A stretch of DNA of 64,000 bases from Takakia lepidozioides (lineage: Eukaryota; Plantae; Bryophyta). The position numbers and the translations under genes were made by a program. Shown here piece by piece: positions 61,738-64,000 of this stretch (the stretch's first letter is position 1; each line of letters starts with the position of its first letter). The DNA lies in assembly GCA_030704615.1 (NCBI GenBank), contig CM060731.1, positions 62,310,001 through 62,374,000 of the forward strand, in the 5' to 3' direction. Under the pieces are notes generated by a model, which saw only the letters and a list, made by a program, of their open reading frames with translations, ran no database searches and was not told the DNA's origin.

Positions 61738-63742
61738 ATGTCAGCTCGGAAGCGCACCTTGTTGAAGGTCATTATCCTTGGAGATAGCGGGTATACCATC
61801 TATCTGGTTAGCTTTACAAAATGTTTGAACGTGCCCGAGTTAATTGTAGCCGAAGTTTGGCTGCCCGTTTTGATATTTCAGTGACATTTTATGACAGCGA
61901 TGTTTTGTCTGGTCATGACCTAAGCGATAGAAGTGCATGTCTTCCTGCTGTCAGTTTGAAGGGTTTCTGTCAGTTTGATCCTCGCACTAAGCACTTTTAT
62001 TTTTGGTTGGCAGGGTGGGGAAGACATCGTTGATGAACCAGTATCTACTCTCTGAATTACTGTTGCAGGGGCCTGGTTGTAGTGCGAAATTTTTCATTGG
62101 AGGCCAGGTATAGGTTTTATGTTTGGCAAGTTTCTTCTGCTTGTAAGATGTGGTTGTAAAGCGCCTTGACAAGATTTTCTCAGATATGTTAATAAGAAGT
62201 TCAGCAACCAGTATAAGGCGACGATTGGTGCCGATTTTTTGACCAAAGAAGTGCAAGTGGAAGACAGACTCGTAACCATGCAGGTACGTCCTTTTTGTCC
62301 CGCGCCTACGTTCCTTGAATAATACGTAGGGAGAGAGATAGGGCTTGTATCAGAAAGGATCTGTCTATTCCAGACTAGATGAAGATTGCAACAGCCTCAA
62401 GGAAGGCACCTCCAATATGAGCGCACAAACGTCACTTGGGTATAAACATGGAAGTGGAAGTAGATCACCGAGCCCAAAAAACCACCTGAACAGGCTGTGA
62501 AATTTTCAACATGGCTGATACCTCAGGAAGACAGTGCCGAAGTAGCCATTGTCTTCTTCATATAGTGCAAAGGCAGCAGCTCACTTGCCAGCATTGAACA
62601 TTCAGGGTAAACAAAGCCCCTTTGGAAAGTGACTGCTGAATGCCCTAGCCGTCTTCACAGACCATGTATCCAATAGAGGATAGTGGAAGACACAAAGCCC
62701 TGATTCCACCTACGCATAAGACAGGATAATCCAAAGTAGACTATCAGATTCTCTAACTTTTGATCTGCGAAGAAATCAAGCAAACCAAACACTGCCATTT
62801 TAGAAAAACATTGGAACTAGTTTACAACCAAACCACTGTTGGACTTGGTCATTCTTTTCTTATCTTTTGGAGTTCTGCATCTGACAGATATGGGACACAG
62901 CTGGCCAGGAGCGGTTTCAGAGCCTTGGGGTTGCCTTTTACCGTGGTGCAGATTGCTGTGTCCTTGTATATGATGTGAACGTGATGAAATCATTTGACAA
63001 CCTGGATAACTGGCGTGATGAGTTTCTCATCCAGGTTAGCTTTCAGGTCCCAATGTAGTTCATTTTTAATGAGTCTCCCTACACTTTGATAATATTGACC
63101 AATTGTTACTCCTGGTTGTTGACTCTGTGCAGGCAAGCCCGTCAGATCCGGAGAATTTTCCATTTGTGGTGCTTGGCAACAAAGTTGATGTGGACAGTGG
63201 GAATAGCAGAGTGGTACGTGAGATGCTTGGGAGATGTTAGTATTTTTAGTGTTTGGCAGTTGACTACTGATGTTCTTCTGATATTCTTGCTCTACAATTC
63301 TTCTAATTTTCTTGCTGAGGCCTTCTCTGTGCGTACTGTTGTTCATTTTGATTAATAGTATCTGGATCATACTTTTGCAGGTTAGTGAAAAGAAGGCTAA
63401 GGCCTGGTGTGCTTCTAAAGGAAACATTCCGTATTTTGAGACCTCTGCAAAAGAGGATTACAATGTTGATGCAGCATTCCAGTGCATAGCCAAGAACGCC
63501 TTGAAGAATGAGAGCGAGGAGGAGATGTAAGTATCTGGATTGTTGTCTCACCTTGCAGAGTTTGTATTTGAGTTGTCGAACTTGACACGGGTCACTTGGC
63601 AATCCAACCTACTACTGCTGAAAAGCCAACTGTGTAAAACATCTGATCACATGTTCATGATCCATTTGGTTGCAGCTACCTTCCAGACACTATTGATGTA
63701 AATGCAGGAAGGCCTCAAAAATCATCGGCGTGCGAGTGTTGA
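61738..63742 (+). CDS. RABG3: Rab7/RabG3 small GTPase, 7 exons, 206 aa
   Basis: Exons 61738-61790, 62014-62040, 62184-62283, 62888-63034, 63133-63213, 63381-63526, 63676-63742 (621 nt, GT-AG introns); [35 protein letters not shown]-terminal CEC. Confidence 0.97.
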
Positions 63743-64000
63743 ATTAAACACGAAGCAGCCAGAGTGAATACTGGAGATTGCTCCATGTTGTTGGGGCTAT
63801 TGGTTTGAATGCACGGGTTGGCATATCAAATGTATACATCTTAGAGCCAGGGTGCACAATGGGTTGGAAATTCACAGAACTTGGCTGTATTAAAATTTGC
63901 TATCATCCCAACTCTTGCTTTGGGTATAGGTTGGGTTTTGTAAATGCTTGAAACTCTGTGATTTGTAGCCAATAATCCACTGCCTTGTGGGTACACATTT

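Overview
Eukaryotic land-plant DNA, probably a non-seed plant (inferred from PLS-class PPR remnants and a compact 7-exon RabG3/Rab7 gene). About 60 kb is nested transposons, and the only clearly intact host gene is Rab7 (61738-63742). Left to right: (A) a Ty3/Gypsy element (+, 1-10469) with a very long coding region after integrase. (B) A Gypsy element (-, ~10470-20709) with a DNMT3-like C5 cytosine methyltransferase between protease and RT and a PHD finger after integrase, abutting a Mutator/SWIM fragment. Then an LTR fragment and PPR pseudogene pieces. Next is a ~13 kb candidate cargo-carrying Mutator-like unit (~27.4-40.5 kb): orphan ORF, protein kinase, GCM-like/MULE-DDE/SWIM transposase, and a divergent spliced gene fusing a ParB-like domain to a beta-class N4/N6 DNA methyltransferase, with a 1.6 kb array of 14 long palindromes inside it. 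(C) A second A-family element (-, ~40509-53236) carrying a 2069 bp solo-LTR-like insertion. (D) The 3' part of a third A-family copy. The window ends with a chromovirus integrase tail, another LTR, a 790 bp hAT-type non-autonomous element and Rab7. Top candidates for new biology are the MULE + ParB-MTase + palindrome-array unit and the DNMT3/PHD-encoding retrotransposon. All domain calls are by-eye motif recognition; no searches were run.
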